The notes under the pieces are model-generated. The model was not told the origin of the DNA. It did not search any database and saw only the letters and a list, made by a program, of their open reading frames with translations. Positions 12,679-27,107 of a stretch of 64,000 bases of DNA are shown in pieces. Numbering within the stretch: position 1 is the stretch's first letter; every line of letters starts with the position of its first letter. The DNA comes from Anthoceros angustus (Eukaryota > Plantae > Anthocerotophyta), in contig MU008163.1 in assembly GCA_010909165.1 (NCBI GenBank), positions 248,001 to 312,000 of the forward strand, read 5' to 3'. The position numbers and the translations under genes are program-made.

Positions 12679-15600
12679 ATGGCAACAACACGACCAAACA
12701 AGCGATTCTCTTTGGAGGTAAGAAGGAGCGGATGCGAAACCTTCGTGAGGATTTCGTCCCGAGCAACTTCAACGGAGAAGGTTCGGATGCACATTCCAAA
12801 TTGCTCCAAGGGTCCCGGGGACAGCCCTGGTACCGGAAGTACCGACCACCCGTAACGCCTCCCCGCAACCTTCAAGATTGAAGGATGCCTTCTAGAAAGA
12901 TTCCGCGAATCGATCAAGAAGGCTACGCCCAAACTTGAGAACCCAAGAGGAAGACGGAGAAGTTGGGATCGACATCGAACGGTTCTATGCCTCCGGACGC
13001 ACCCCACCCACACCACCATGCAAAGTGCGCTGGTTCGCATGGCTTATCCAAGCCAATGGCTAAGCATGTGCCTTGCAGAGAAGGATGTGAGGCCGGGCGG
13101 AGAACTATGAAGAATCGATGCACCAACGACGAGACTCAAGGAGGAAAGAAGAAAAAAAGAGAATCAATCAAGATGAAGAACCCTGAAGGAGAGGAGGAAG
13201 AGACCGAGGTCACGGAGGAAGAGGAAGAGGACTCAAGAATCCAAGCTCAGGAGGCAGGAAGCCCTCAAAAACAAGAAGAAGTCAGTGGTGAAACGAGGTG
13301 GAAGAAGGAGGTCATGATGCCCGCATGCGAGGTCTCGACCCCGCCTTTGAAAGAGGTAGCGGGTTGAGGGAAGATCTAGAACCAATGAAGAGGTGGAGGA
13401 GTTGACGATCAACCGTGAAGGATAAAGACGCAAGGTGGCCACCACGGTCCGACTCATTTATGGTGTGCGGTGTCACCAACATGGGCATTCAAGGCCAACG
13501 CCTCCGCCTGAACTGTGGAGTACGACTATGAGGAAGAGTCCGAGGAATGGGAGGATGCTTACCAAGTGCAAGAAGCACCCGGCCGCGATAAAGACGATGT
13601 ACCCGCCGGAGGTCCATCCATACACCTCCGATGCAACCTCGAATGGGAGCCTCCAGAATTCTCGGCGGTGGTCCGTTGGAACTGTGGGAACCCCGACACT
13701 ACTCCAACGCCTGGCCCATACCCCACCGCATAAGGTAACGGAGACTTTGAACGTGGTGGAGATTGGCGGGGCACATGCCGTGCAAGACTGTGGTCCGAAT
13801 CCTCGCCGAGGACGGTACGCCACGCACCCCACTGGGGAGCCAAGACCACCACGCCCCTAAGGCGGCGCCTGTTACAAATTGAAGACGACAACCGGGCGGA
13901 GGGAGGAGGCACCGAGGAGCTCGAACGAGGTGGTACGGGCAAGTTCGCCAAGGAGAAGAAGGCGGACTGGAGGTACCGGAAGTGTCAACCCGAGTCGCCG
14001 AAAGGAGCGAAGGAACGGAGACAAGTAAGAGGAAGAAAATGGGATAGTCCCACGGATACGGAGGACGGAACACCGCAAGGAAGCCGAACCCGCCAAAGAG
14101 GACGAGTTAAACCGGCAGCCCGCCAGAGAAGAACCCCAAAAGCCACCGGAGTCTCCGAGAAGGACTCACCCACGGCAACGCCGCAGCTTCCACCGGATGT
14201 GGTTCGGAAGTGACCGAGATGCTTCAAGAAGAACTCCGACCTGTAAGTGTCCGCCACCACCGCAGAGCCAAACCGGAGGAGACAAGGCGAACGCGTGACG
14301 CAGCAGGAGAACCACCCGGCCCTTTCAAGGTGGCCGACTTGATGATGGACCAACAACACTTGGTGTCCCTTAGGCAGTTGTTAAAGGACAACCCGAAGTA
14401 TCGACAGGAAGTCCGGAAGGCCATCAGGGAAACGCAACCACGTCGGAACTCCTTGGTCCGGAAGGGCAAGAACGTGGAGGTAAGGGTCGTATCTCATACG
14501 GACCCTGGGGCGCCAGTGGTGCAGGTGGAAATTGCGGGGTGTGTAATTAAAAACGTGCCTCTAGATACGGGGTCAGGAGTGAACCTCATCACCGAGGCCA
14601 CCGCAAGACGGCTGGGGTTCACCACCTTCGAGCCATCCACCAAAACCCTCAGGATGGCGGACATGTCGCGCGAGCGCCAGGGAGTTGTCCCGAGTCCAAG
14701 CCACCATAGCGGAGCCCCTATACATTAGATTTTGTCACATCGACCCGCCGACCGGGGTATGAGGTCCTGCTAGCGGCCTTGGCCGGGCCTCGCCGACAAA
14801 ACTACACTGGACGGAAGGAGATATACACTGCTGGACTGGGATCCAAGGTGAGGGAAGGACGGTAGCGACACCGGAGTAAGGACACGATCGTGGAGAAACC
14901 ACAAGACCACGTAGGGTACACCTCCAAGACAAGGGGGACGATGAACGCGAGGATACGAATGAGGACTACCCTTTCCCAAAATCACGTGGTCGAGGAGGAG
15001 ATGGATTACCGGAGGACGCCTTTGGAGCGGAGGTGACGAGGAGGTCATCGATTGTTTTAGGGTGGACTGCAACAAGAGCCGGGAAGGCAATCAAGAGGAG
15101 GGTCCAGCAGAGGACGGGAGGTAGAAAGAGGAAGTAACCCGCTTCACTGGACGAGCTCTTCGGGAGTGGGGAATGCGTGAAGATGAACCTGATGGAGGAC
15201 GATGGCGGACGAGCGGCAAGAGAAAGGGAGACTCAACCCGACGATGTGGAAGACGTGGAGGTTCGCCTGTGGAAATTCCTCAAATTCGCAAGGGCATGCC
15301 GGAGGGGTTAAACGAGACCTCACACGCTTGTTGGGGAATTCAGGGTGTTTGCTTTCAAGGTCACGGATATGAAAGGCATTCAAACAAGGCGAACACCGGA
15401 TAGATCTGAAGCTGAGCGGTGCTCGGATTAGGCAAGATAAATCAATCCCAAGCACTCGCCAAGGTCAAGGAAGTCCCGGATAAGTATCCGGAAGCGACAT
15501 CATCTTCCCAATCGTGAACAAGGAGTGGGTGGCGCCCATTGTGGTCGTGCCAAGAAGCAGGGCGATTCGGTCTCACAGATCGGAGAAAGCTTAACGCCAC

Positions 15601-17930
15601 TAAAAGGACCATTTCCCATGCCCTTTGTGGACATAATCGACAAGGTGGCGGGCGAGTACCTACTCCTTCTTGACTACTCGGCTACAACCGCTACACCTAA
15701 GGGAGCCTGACGATAAGACAACATTCACCACGGAGTGGGGACGCTTGCCTACAAACGGAGCGCCTTCGGATGACAGAGCACCCGGATCATTTATGCGGAT
15801 GGTGACCAATGTCTTCCGGAATTCGAGGGACTTCATGGAGGTGTTCTTGGACGACTGTGCACGAGAGGAGGACAAACACGTGACATTTGCGGAAGTGTTT
15901 GGAACGATGTAGGAGACTCAACCCGCTCGCATCCCGAGAAATGCTACTCGCATGACAGAGGGAATCTTGTTGGGGCACCGAGTGTCGGTAAGAGGGATAG
16001 AGGTGGACCAAGACAAGGTGAAAGTCATCCACCCTCGCAGCCCACCAACGAACTTGAAGGAGTTACGGGATTCCCGGCATGGTGGTTACTATAGGCGCTT
16101 CATACAAGATTTTGCAAAGCGGGCCTGTGCTAACAGAGCTACTCAGAAGGAGGAGGAATGGACCTGGACGCCGGAAAGGGAGGCGGCATTCAGAGACCTC
16201 CGCACCACTGCCGCCCCAAGACTCAAAGGACCGGACCGGGGAAGCGATTCCATGTGTACGTGGATGTGTCACCGCCATCGGTAGTGCTCACCAAAAGATG
16301 ATAAACGGAGGGATCACCCAATCTACTACTGGAAGACACACGACGCGAACGGAGGTACACTACTACGGAGCGGGAGGCATTGGGTAATGGTATACGCCGT
16401 TAAGAAATTCAGACACTACCTTCTGCCCAATGAGTTTGTGTTCTATGTTGATCACTTCGCGCTCAAGCATTTGGTGAACAAGGCAGACTTGTCCGGACGA
16501 ATTGCGAGGTGGATTCTGTTGCTACAGGAGTTCACATTTGAGGTGGAGACTAGGCAAGGACGGCAACACCAGAACGCTGACTTCTTATCCAGATTAAAGA
16601 CGGAGCCTGTCCTGCAGGATCAAGAGGACGCCTTCCCGGATGAGGAATTGGTGGCAGCGATAGAGGAGGAGGTAGAGGAGCACAGCCGGACAAACCCTCG
16701 GTGGAACAGCGGACCCACGTGGCGGAGAAGGAGGGACGGGCCCTCTTACGCGGAGTTGGAACGGTACCTATGGGAGATGGAGCTACCCAACGAATCGAAC
16801 CGGTCGGGCCAGCAGCCTTTGTGCACTACGCCGCCTTTCCTCAGTATAACGGTTGCATCTTTAAGGTAGGGCCAGACGGTGTGGAACGAAGGTACCTCCA
16901 ACAGGCGGAAACGGAGGTGGTAATAAAGGGATGCGAAGGACTAGGTGGTGGACATTATGCAAGCAGTCACCACCAAGAAAATCTTGAGGTCGGGTACCGT
17001 GGCCCACCATGTATGGGGAAACACACCAATTTGTGAAGAAGTGTGATGCTTGTCACGGATCGGAAGCCGACGCCACAACTCAATGGCCGTAGTGCCCATA
17101 CTAGCACTAGCGCCTTTTGAGAAGTGGGCATCGACTGCTGGACCCATACCAACCACAGGCACACACGTAAGCGGTACATCTTGGTGGCAACGGACATCGC
17201 ACTGTGGGTTGAAGCGGTCGCTACTTAACGGATCTGAGCACGGTGGCCAAATTCCTCACGAAAACATCATCACAAGGTATGGGTGTCCGCTGTACCGGTA
17301 AGCGATAGGGGAACCCATTTCCTCAATGATGTGATAACCGCAATGACGGACTATTTCGCATCACACATCGAAACGCCCCTACAATCCAAGGCCAACGGAT
17401 CGACGGAGAAGACCAATGGACTTATCCGCCGCATCCTCAATAAGCCGACGGTTAACTATGCGCACGATCGATACAAAGCCATCGCGCATGGGCGCTCGTA
17501 ACGGCAGAAGGTAACCACGCAACGAACTCCGTGACATTCGACCTATGGGCACTCACCCGTTATGCCGGCCGAGTTTGAGGTGCCAACACTCCGGTCATGA
17601 TGGAAAGGCGCTTAACGGATGAAGAGAGCCAACCGGAGCGGTTGCTAGGGTTTGTACAAGATACGGAGGACCGGAAGAGGCGCAACAATAATGCAATCGC
17701 ATGTAATCAACGCAAGCCGTGGCATGATAGGCGCCTTAGAATCGTGGAGTATGTGAAGGAGGGAGATCCGCCTCCTTTACGATGACATATGCACTTCCTG
17801 TAAACTCCACCTACGATGGATGGGGCCTTACCAAGTCGTAGTATACCCCAATGGGTCCGCTCACCGCGCTTGGATGGTGAACCGCCCACTGGGTGAACGG
17901 ATGGCGGTGAAAAGTACACGCTTAGTGTTG
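12679..17930 (+). mobile_element. Unit 2 gag-pol, all domains present but frameshifted
   Basis: PR VPLDTGSGVNLIT (ORF 14210-14728); RT ~15520-16000; RNase H AVKKFRHYLL...RIARWILLLQEF...NADFLSRL (16387-16869); integrase PFEKW, SDRGTHFLN, ANGSTEKTNG (17050-17500); RWMGPYQV (GPY/F) at ~17805. Confidence 0.88.
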
Positions 17931-18699
17931 GCGGAGACGCCAACAGTGAGAAGGGGAGTATGTGGACTACGGACTTCGGGGTTAGAAATTAGGTAGGGTT
18001 TGTTTTTGTGGGAGAAGGATAAAATGAGGCGAAAAGGAGGAAATAAGCGGTTAGCACTGGACGGCACTGAGTATACTCGACCGGAGTGAGGAACGACTAG
18101 ACCTACGATGGCGGGTAACGGATAAGTCCGGACCACCTGTGACCAGCAGGATAAGTACGCCAGGAAAGTAACTTAGAAGTTGGAGCCGAAGGACGGACTA
18201 GGCGACGCCACGTGACGACCCCGAGTGGAGGACGGCATGCAGGTCAGACCGTAATTTGCCGAGGCCGTTATAGCAGTATTCACGCCTGGCCGCGCGCGAG
18301 GGGCCGAGTACGCGCAGTAAGGCCGCAGTACGCGGGCCAGAGGGGCCGAGTAAGCCATGCACTCGCCACGGACGACCGAGTGGAGGACGGCATGCAGGTC
18401 AGACCGTAACCTTGCCAGAGGTTATAGCAGTATTCACGCCGCGGGCCGGCGAGGGGCCGCAGCACGCGCGAGTAAGCCATGCACCGCGCTACGTGGAAGA
18501 GGCGCCCGCCCGCCCACATTCCCAAGGCGTGGTCGCGAAGAAGGTCATTTCACGCAGCCGAGACACCGCGATCTTGCGCCCGCAACCGCTCGCGGTATCT
18601 CGGGACACTGACGCTCGCGCGCTCACCGCTGAGGTCGAGCAGCAACGCGCGAAGGCGAACGTGCTGCAGCCTCGGCTGCGCTACAAGAACCAAGGAGGA

Positions 18700-21600
18700 A
18701 GGCGATGGCACCCAAAAGCGGAAGTTTGGGAGCCATGGAACCTTGTGGAGCGCAACATTGTGACCCGCGCTATCCGGACTTTGGGCCTGCCCAGGAAGCG
18801 GAGAATTGGTGAGTGGCATTTGGATGTGTTCCAATGGTCCGGACATTTGAGGTCACCGTCCGGAGTTTGCCCAAGATGCCGGCGGTCAACAAGGAGGTGC
18901 GGTCCAAGAACCTCCGGAGGACCCAAGGCGATGGACCTTGAGGTCCCGGCGGCCTACAACCGCCCAAGGAGGAAGAGGGGAGGGTGCCGAGCCCCTCAAG
19001 GCGGCGGGGAAGATAGGTCCACGCCAGTGCTAAGGCTCGACGCAACGACCACCAACGGTTGGTCGATATCCGACCCGCTGATGTCGGGCGGTGGCCCGGA
19101 TCATTGTCCATCGAACCTACTCACCAAGGTGGATCACCTTGGTGATAATCTATTAGTTCCCGCACGCTACCGCTGGGAAGAGGGCGACCGGAAGGATTAT
19201 CTTCGCCCGGCTGTGAGGCTCGCAAGCTCGTGACCGAGAAGCCTCGCCATTCTGGCCGCCCCATACCGATCCATGTATGGGGCATTTGAGCCCCTCAAGG
19301 AAGGAGAGCTTGAGCGAGCGCGCAGAGGCTGCAGTAAGCCATGCACTCGCCACGACAGGAAGAGGCGCCCGCCGTTACTCCCGGCGTGGTCGCAAGAAGG
19401 TTTTCGGCACCGAGACACCGCGATCTCGCGCCCGCAACCGCTCGGGCGGTATCTCGTGGACACTCGACGCCTCGCGCGCTCACCGCTGAGGTCGGAGCAA
19501 GCGAACGCGCGAAGAAGGCGCAACGTGCCAGCCTCCCAAGCGGGCGGAGGGGAGGAGAAGGCGATGGCACCCAAAAGCCCGCGGAAGTTTGGGAGCCATG
19601 GAACCTTGTGGAGCGCAACATTGTGACCCGCGCTATCCGGACTTTGGGCTCGCCCGTGGAAGCGGAGAATTGGTGCAGGAGTGGCATTTGGATGTGTTCC
19701 ATGGTCCGACATTTGACACACCGTCCGGAGTTTGCCCAAGATGTCAAGGCGGTCAACAAGGAGGTGCGGTCCAAGAACCTCCGGAGGACCCAAGGCGACC
19801 TTGAGGTCCCGGCGCCTACAACCGCCCAAGGAGGAAGAGGGGAGGGTGCCGAGCCCCTCAAGGCGAAGGAAGATAGGTCCAGCAGCGATGCTAAGGCTCG
19901 ACGCAACGACCACCAACGGTTGGTCGATATCCGACCTGGATGCTGGCCGTGGGCCCGGATCATTGTCCATCGGAACCTACTACCAAGGTGGATCACCTTG
20001 GTGATAATCTATTGGTGTTCCCGCACACAGCTGGGGAAGAGGGCGACCGGAAGGATTATCTTCGCCCGCTTAGCTGTGAGGCTCGCAAGCTCAGACCGAG
20101 AAGCCTCCATTCTGGGCCGCCCCATACCGATCCATGTATGGGGCATTTCGAGCTCCTCAAGGAAGGAGAGCTTGAGCGAGCGCCCGAAAAGGACCGAGGC
20201 CCCGCCGAAGTGGAGCGGCAAGGGCGCCGGAGGGGAGGAGGCCGTCAAAACCAAACGGACTGGAGGAGGACGACTGAGGATTCCTGACCCATACTGAACG
20301 GACCCCTCACCACCTGTGGAAGTATGGGAAGCACCGCCTCCTCCTTCCGTGCCCCAACCAATGCCCCCACAGAAGTGACCTCAGCCATCACTCCTACCGA
20401 GGAGCCCCGACTGTGAGAGAGCCAAGAGACGCAAGACCACTTACCAACGCGGCACCCAAGACTTTCTTCCCCGCCGACGAGTGGCAAGAAGCGGAGGAAG
20501 AAGGAGGGCGTAAGGACGCCTGTGAAGCGGAGAATTGGTGCAGGAGTGGCATTTGGATGTGTTCCAAATGGTCCGACATTTGAGGTCACCGTCCGGAGTT
20601 TGCCCAAGATGCCGGCGGTCAACAAGGAGGTGCGGTCCAAGAACCTCCGGAGGACCCAAGGCGATGGACCTTGAGGTCCCGAGGCGGCCTACAACCGCCC
20701 AAGGAGGAAGAGGGGAGGGTGCCGAGCCCCTCAAGGCGAAGGAAGATAGGTCCAGCAGCGATGCTAAGGCTCGACGCAACGACCACCAACGGTTGGTCGA
20801 TATCCGACCTGGATGCTGGCCGTGGGCCCGGATCATTGTCCATCGGAACCTACTACCAAGGTGGATCACCTTGGTGATAATCTATTGGTGTTCCCGCACA
20901 CAGCTGGGGAAGAGGGCGACCGGAAGGATTATCTTCGCCCGCTTAGCTGTGAGGCTCGCAAGCTCAGACCGAGAAGCCTCCATTCTGGGCCGCCCCATAC
21001 CGATCCATGTATGGGGCATTTCGAGCTCCTCAAGGAAGGAGAGCTTGAGCGAGCGCCCGAAAAGGACCGAGGCCCCGCCGAAGTGGAGCGGCAAGGGCGC
21101 CGGAGGGGAGGAGGCCGTCAAAACCAAACGGACTGGAGGAGGACGACTGAGGATTCCTGACCCATACTGAACGGACCCCTCACCACCTGTGGAAGTATGG
21201 GAAGCACCGCCTCCTCCTTCCGTGCCCCAACCAATGCCCCCACAGAAGTGACCTCAGCCATCACTCCTACCGAGGAGCCCCGACTGTGAGAGAGCCAAGA
21301 GACGCAAGACCACTTACCAACGCGGCACCCAAGACTTTCTTCCCCGCCGACGAGTGGCAAGAAGCGGAGGAAGAAGGAGGGCGTAAGGACGCCTGTGAGC
21401 AGGAGGACACCGCAGCAGCCTGTGATCCAGAGCCGGGTCCTGCCGCCGATGTGAAGGGGCAAAGGGCGTGCTCCTGACTCCATCACCTCCGCCGAGCCCT
21501 GGAGGAAAAGGGCGAGAAGGAGCTCGCGCCAAAAGGGCCAAGGAGGGGAAGCCCGAGCCAAGACTCGTGACCTAAGGGTCCCGATTGTCCGAGAACCCCC

Positions 21601-24600
21601 GACTTGCTCCGATCAAGGGTATGGAGGTCCTGACGGATCGGAGAGATGCCGGCCCCGCCACGGACTTTGTGGGAGCCTCACTGCAGGCCGTGGAGGAAAC
21701 ACGGCGGTCCTGCTACCGCCATGGACGGTATGCCTGGGGTCTGGGATGGCCGAGAAGGCCTGTGGAGGTGGAGCCCCTCAAGGCGAAGGGGAAGATAGGT
21801 CCAGCCACAGCAGCGATGCTAAGGCCTGGGACGCAACGGACCACCAACGGTTGGCTGATATCCGACCTGTTGGCGAGTCGGGCGGCCCGGATCATCGTCC
21901 ACTGGAACCTACTCACCAAGGTGGATCACCTTGGTGATAATCTATTGGTGTTCCTGCACGCGTTGCAGCGGGGGAAGAGGGCGGACTGGGAAGGATTATC
22001 TTCGCCCGCTTAGCTGTGAGGCTCGCAAGCTCAGACCGAGAAGCCTCGCCATTCTGGGCCCCATACCGATCCATGTATGGGGCATTTCGAGCTCCTCAAG
22101 GAAGGAGAGCTTGAGCGAGCGCCCGGAAAGGACCGAGGCCCCGCCAAGTGGAGCGGCAAGGGCGCCGAGGGGAGGAGGCCGTCGAAAACCAAACGGACGG
22201 GAGGAGGACGATCGAGGATTCCGACTCCATACGTGAACGGACCCCTCACCACCTGTGGAAGTATGGAAGCACCCCGCCTCCTCCTTCCGTGCCCCAACCA
22301 ATACCCACAGAAGGCCCGACCCCAGCCCCGCCACGCCATCACTCCTACCGAGGAGCCCCGCCGACTGTGAGAGAGCAAGAGACGCAAGACCACTTACCAA
22401 CGCACCCCTGGTGCCAAGATTCTTCCCCGCCGACGGAGTGGCAAGAAGCGGAGGAAGCGAAGGAGGGCGAAGGGACGCCTGTGGAGCAGGAGGACACCGC
22501 GCAGCAGATCCAGAGCCGGGTCCTGCCGCCGGCTGTGAAGGGGCAAAGGGCGTGCTCCTGACTCCATCACCTCCGCCGAGCCCCGGAGGAAAGGGCGAGA
22601 AGGAGCTCGCGCCAAAAGGGCCAAGGAGGGGAAGCCCGAGCCAAGACTCGTGACCTAAGGGTCCCGATTGGTCCGAGAACCCCCGACTTGCTCCGGATCG
22701 GGTATGGAGGTCCTGACGGATCGGAGATGCCGGCCCCGCCACGGACTTTGTGGGAGCCTCATCAGCGCCGTGGAAGAAACACGGCGGTCCTGCTACCGCC
22801 ATGGACGGTATGCCTGGGGTCTCGGGATGGCCGAGAAGACCTGTGGAGGTGGAAGCCACCCGAGGCGCATGGTGCCTCCGTGAGCAGCTTGGAGGGAGCC
22901 CAGAGGCGAGAAGGAAGGCCAAGCTCGGCGGATTGAGGAAGGAAACGCCGGAGGCGAGAGAGGGAGGTCCGGTCCATCCGCAAGGACCGGACCAAATTCC
23001 TTCACCGAGGAACACTGGCAAGTGCCAAGGAGGCCCAAGCGGCGGAGGACCTCGCAGTGAGGGGCGAGCGCAGCAGAAGGGAGGACGCAAGGAACGGGCG
23101 GATCTCGCGAGGCAGCCTGACCGACCAGAGCCAAGCCGAGAGGCTCGTGAAGGTGGCCAGGAGGAGGCTGGAGGAAACACGGCGGTCCTGCTACCGCCAT
23201 GGACGGTATGCCTGGGGTCTCGGGATGGCCGAGAAGACCTGTGAGGTGAAGCCACCCGAGGCGCATGGTACTCCTCCGTGAGCAGCTGGAGGGAGCCCAG
23301 AGGCGAGAAGGAAGGCCAAGCTCGGCCGGATTGAGGAAGGAAACGCCGGAGGCGGAGAGGGAGGTCCGTCCATCCGCAAGGACCGGACTAAATTCCTTCA
23401 CCGGAGGAACAAGGGTGCCAAGGAGGCCCAAGCGCTGGCGGAGGACCTCGCAGTGAGGGGCGAGCGCAGCAGAAGCGAGGACGCCCGGCGCAAGCGAACG
23501 GGCGCGGATCTCGCGGAGGCACTGACCGACCAGAGCTGCCGAGAGGCTCGTGAAGGTGGCCAAGGAGGCGGAGGCCACGGCGGCCGATCGCGATCACTAG
23601 GGCGTGATCGAACCGTGGAGGGAGGCGCCGAGAGAGCCACGCCAATCAAGGCCGAGCAAGTGGTCAGGAGCAAGCACGGCCGAGCCGTGAGGAGGCATGG
23701 AGGCCAAGACCCGGGAGATTGGGGACCCTGTGGTGCACTGCAGGAGGTAGAAGGGCGGCGGAGCCGGAGGACAAGAAGGACACCTTGGAGTTGCAACCCA
23801 AGATGAGAGCAGGGGTTCTCAACGAGAGAATCCAAGACTTCGAGCGAGAGGTAGAACGCCCAGCCCGCTTGAAGACGGAGGAGAACAGGCGGCGGTGCAA
23901 GGAGTTACACGGTTGCAGCAGGATGGCGGAAGCCGTGAGCCTGACGGGATACCGCCCGCCTGGAGAAGGAAGTGGAGGACCTCCGGAAAGAATAGAGAGG
24001 AAGAAAGCACTGAGGAAAGGTATTGCTCGTCCGGCCAGGAAGGGGGGAGCTCACCCATGGCCCGCAATCAAGTGAGCCGAACAACGACGGAGGAGGAGAA
24101 CGCCGAGCGCAGAAGGTTGCAAGAGGTAACTGAGGCCCGACGCCTCAAGGGAGTCCGCCCGCCATACCGTAAGCTTGGCCACGAGACGGCCAGGGCCGGG
24201 CGATCCGCCACGGAGCACCTTGGAGGAGGGAGTACCGGTGCCCGGCTCATGTGAGGAGGCGATTCAGCAAGTCGATTCCGACGCCTACTACCACGCAGAG
24301 CTCCTCAAGGCCGAGCAAGTGGTCAGGAGCAAGCACGGCCGAGCCGTGAGGAGGCATCGGAGGCCAGCACCCGGGAGATTGGGGACCCTGTGGTGCAGCA
24401 GGAGGTAGAAGGGCGCGTGGAGCCGGAGGACAACAAGGACACCTTGGAGTTGCAACCCAAGATGCACGGAGCAGCAGGGGTTCTCAACGAGAATCCAAGA
24501 CTTCGAGCGAGAGGTAGAACGCCTCCTCCGCTTGAAGACGGAGGAGAATAGGCGGCAAGGAGTTCGACGCAAGGTTGCAGCAGGATGTGGCGAAGCCGTG

Positions 24601-25200
24601 AGCCTGACGGGATACCGCCCGCCTGGAGAAGGAAGTGGAGGACCTCCGGAAAGAATAGACGAGGAAGAAAGCAATCGGAGGAAAGCCGTCTGCTGGTGAA
24701 GTGAGGGAGCTCACCCATGGCCCGTGAATCAAGTGAGCCGAACAACGACGGAGGAGGAGAACGCCGAGCGCAGCAAGGTTGCAAGAGGTAACTGAGGCAG
24801 CCTTGACGGCCTCAAGGGAGTCCGCCTACCATACCGTGTAAGCTTGGCCACGGAGACGCCAAGAAGGCCGGGCGATCCGCCTGCCACGGAGCACCTGGAG
24901 GAGGGAGTACCGTGCCCGGCTCATGTAGAGGAGGCGATTCAAGTCGATTCCGACTTCGCCTACTACCACGCAGAGCTCCTCAAGGCTCGAGGTCCCGCGC
25001 CACCCCAGGTGGAGGGTGGACTCAAGGGATGGAAGGAGGAGCGAGAGAGGACGGACCCGGGACAAGACAACCGCTGGAGTCCTAGGAGCGCCTGCTTGAC
25101 GACGGCAGCAGCAGCGAGGGAGAGCAGCTGGAGGAACCGGAGGAGGAAGGGTCGCCACACCGAGGTAAGACTCTCAAGACCTCGCATGGAAGGACGAGGG
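18700..25200 (+). mobile_element. Extra ORF region of unit 2, expanded by multiple internal tandem duplications
   Basis: Same motifs recur at ~18700, 19560, 20530, 21775 (N-terminal domain) and ~22770, 23170, 23660, 24305 (C-terminal part). Confidence 0.75.
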
Positions 25201-25226
25201 AGGATCTTGAGAGGAAGGAGGAAAGG

Positions 25227-26490
25227 TGCAACCGGGCATTCGGGAACCAAGGGAGGGCTCGGATGAACCCATGACTAGCCCTGGAGGAGGCATGCCCAGA
25301 TCGAGGTCCTGACTTTGTCCTGACTGAGGAAAGGCCGGATCCCGAGGTCCGCCTCAAGGAAGTCCGACTTAGGGATCCAGACTCAGTGACGATCCGACCC
25401 CGAGGTCCGGACCCTGTGGAAGGGTTGGGTCCAAGACCGGACCTCAGAGGCAAGTCCGGCCCCGAGGACCGGACTCAGAAGAAGGCCGGCCTGGAGACCG
25501 GACTCAGAGGGAAGACTGACCTAGAGGTCCGGACCGAGTCGAGACAGGTCCCGAGGTCCAAACTCGGGAGTGGGGAGAGCCACCACACCAACCCCAGCAG
25601 ATCCAGCCTTGAGGGCCCACGCGCAGGGCCCGCCAGAGAGAAGAGGGAGGACGAGGAAGACTTGGTGGTGATCGCTGTCGCCGCCACCGGTGGCGCCTCA
25701 GCACTGGAAGAGGAAGGGCCCGCCGATCATCCGATTGGGTGCGCCGCCGATGTGGTTTTGGGCCGTGCCAAGAAGGAATCGGGGCTATCCCACCCACCAC
25801 CGACGGCGATAGGGAATAGAGGTAGGTAGTAGGCGTCGGTTAGGCACACCGAAATGGCCCTCACCGTAATAGAGGTGTAATAAAGGCGCCGACCTTCGCG
25901 AGTATAAGAGGGCTAAGGCCGCCCAATAAATCATCTTTCTTGGTGTTGATGCCGCTCTGCGCACCTTGTGTGTCTTCTGCTAACGTGAGTCCCGAGTCAC
26001 CGAAAGGTGCACGGCGCCCGGGAGATTGACTGTGGTCCCGTGACGGACCTAACGTGTTGTGGTGTGTGGAAGGGTGATCGTGACCCGTGCTCGCCCGAGC
26101 CGCGCCCAAAGACCGAACGGATCGAACGGTGAGCCGGAGGAACTCCGGAGGGCGGCAGAGCCCGGACGAGAGGCCCGAACGACGAGGAGGTCCGGACTGT
26201 AACCCGCGCTTTTTTCTAAGACCGAGGAGTGTAGCGTGAGGGAGAGAGGAAAGGACCGGAAGTGTGAGTGACGAATGTGAACGATACGGACGCGAACGGT
26301 CCTAAACGCTTGGCCATACCGGCCCAGACGGTGAACGCTAGAGTAGTTAGGAGTATGTGCGTTGAGGTCAACGAGCGCAGGTAAGAATCACCAAACGCGT
26401 AAACGGAGCCTATCATTCCTTTGGGAACGGACTTCTTCCTACAACGACACGGATTGTGCGCCTACCGGCTATCACGAAAGTCGCGCCACA
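25227..26490 (+). repeat. LTR copy 3
   Basis: TGCAACCGGG...GTCGCGCCACA, PPT upstream and PBS downstream. Confidence 0.85.
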
Positions 26491-26717
26491 TTTTGGCGCT
26501 GCCGGGAATGAAATCGCCTGTAGCCGTGATGGAGGACGGAGGTAGTTAAGGAAGAATTGCTAAGAGAGTCGGACGCCAGATCGCCAGAGCGCCCGAGCGC
26601 AGCACGTGAGAGACGACGAGCTCGAGGCGAGGTCACGAACCGCAGGCGCGGTGGAATTGTCGGATCGTGAGGAGGAAGCACGCAGGTGGCGTAAGAGGAG
26701 CGGTTCCTCATCCGCGG

Positions 26718-27107
26718 ATGGCAACAACAACGACCAAACAAGCCTACTCCTCTTCGGGGAAGAAGGAGCGGATGCGAAACCTTTGTTGAGGATTTATCCC
26801 GAGCAACTTCAACGGAGAAGGTCGGATGCAGCCTAATCCAAATTGCTCCAAGGGGTCCGCCTCAAGGAGGAAAGGCCGATCCCGAGGTCCGCCTCAAGGA
26901 AGTACCGACCACCCTGCAACGCCTCCCCGCAACCTTCAAGCATCAAGGATGCCTTCCGAAAGATTCCGCGGAATCGATCAGGAAGGCTACATCCTGTCCA
27001 AGCTTGAGAACCTAAAGAGGGGCAAGACGGAAAGTTGGGATCGACATCGAACGGTTCTATGCCCTCCGGATCGGCACCCCACCCACACCACGATGCAAAG
27101 TGGCGCT
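26718..27107 (+). mobile_element. Unit 3: gag 5' fragment only
   Basis: ATGGCAACAACAACGACC gag start, cut off after ~390 bp by a jump into LTR. Confidence 0.7.

Noticed and set aside
18700-25200. Retroviral-type envelope glycoprotein
   Set aside because: No convincing signal peptide or TM helix was seen. The one hydrophobic peptide (WITLVIIYW) is an off-frame reading of VDHLGDNLL.
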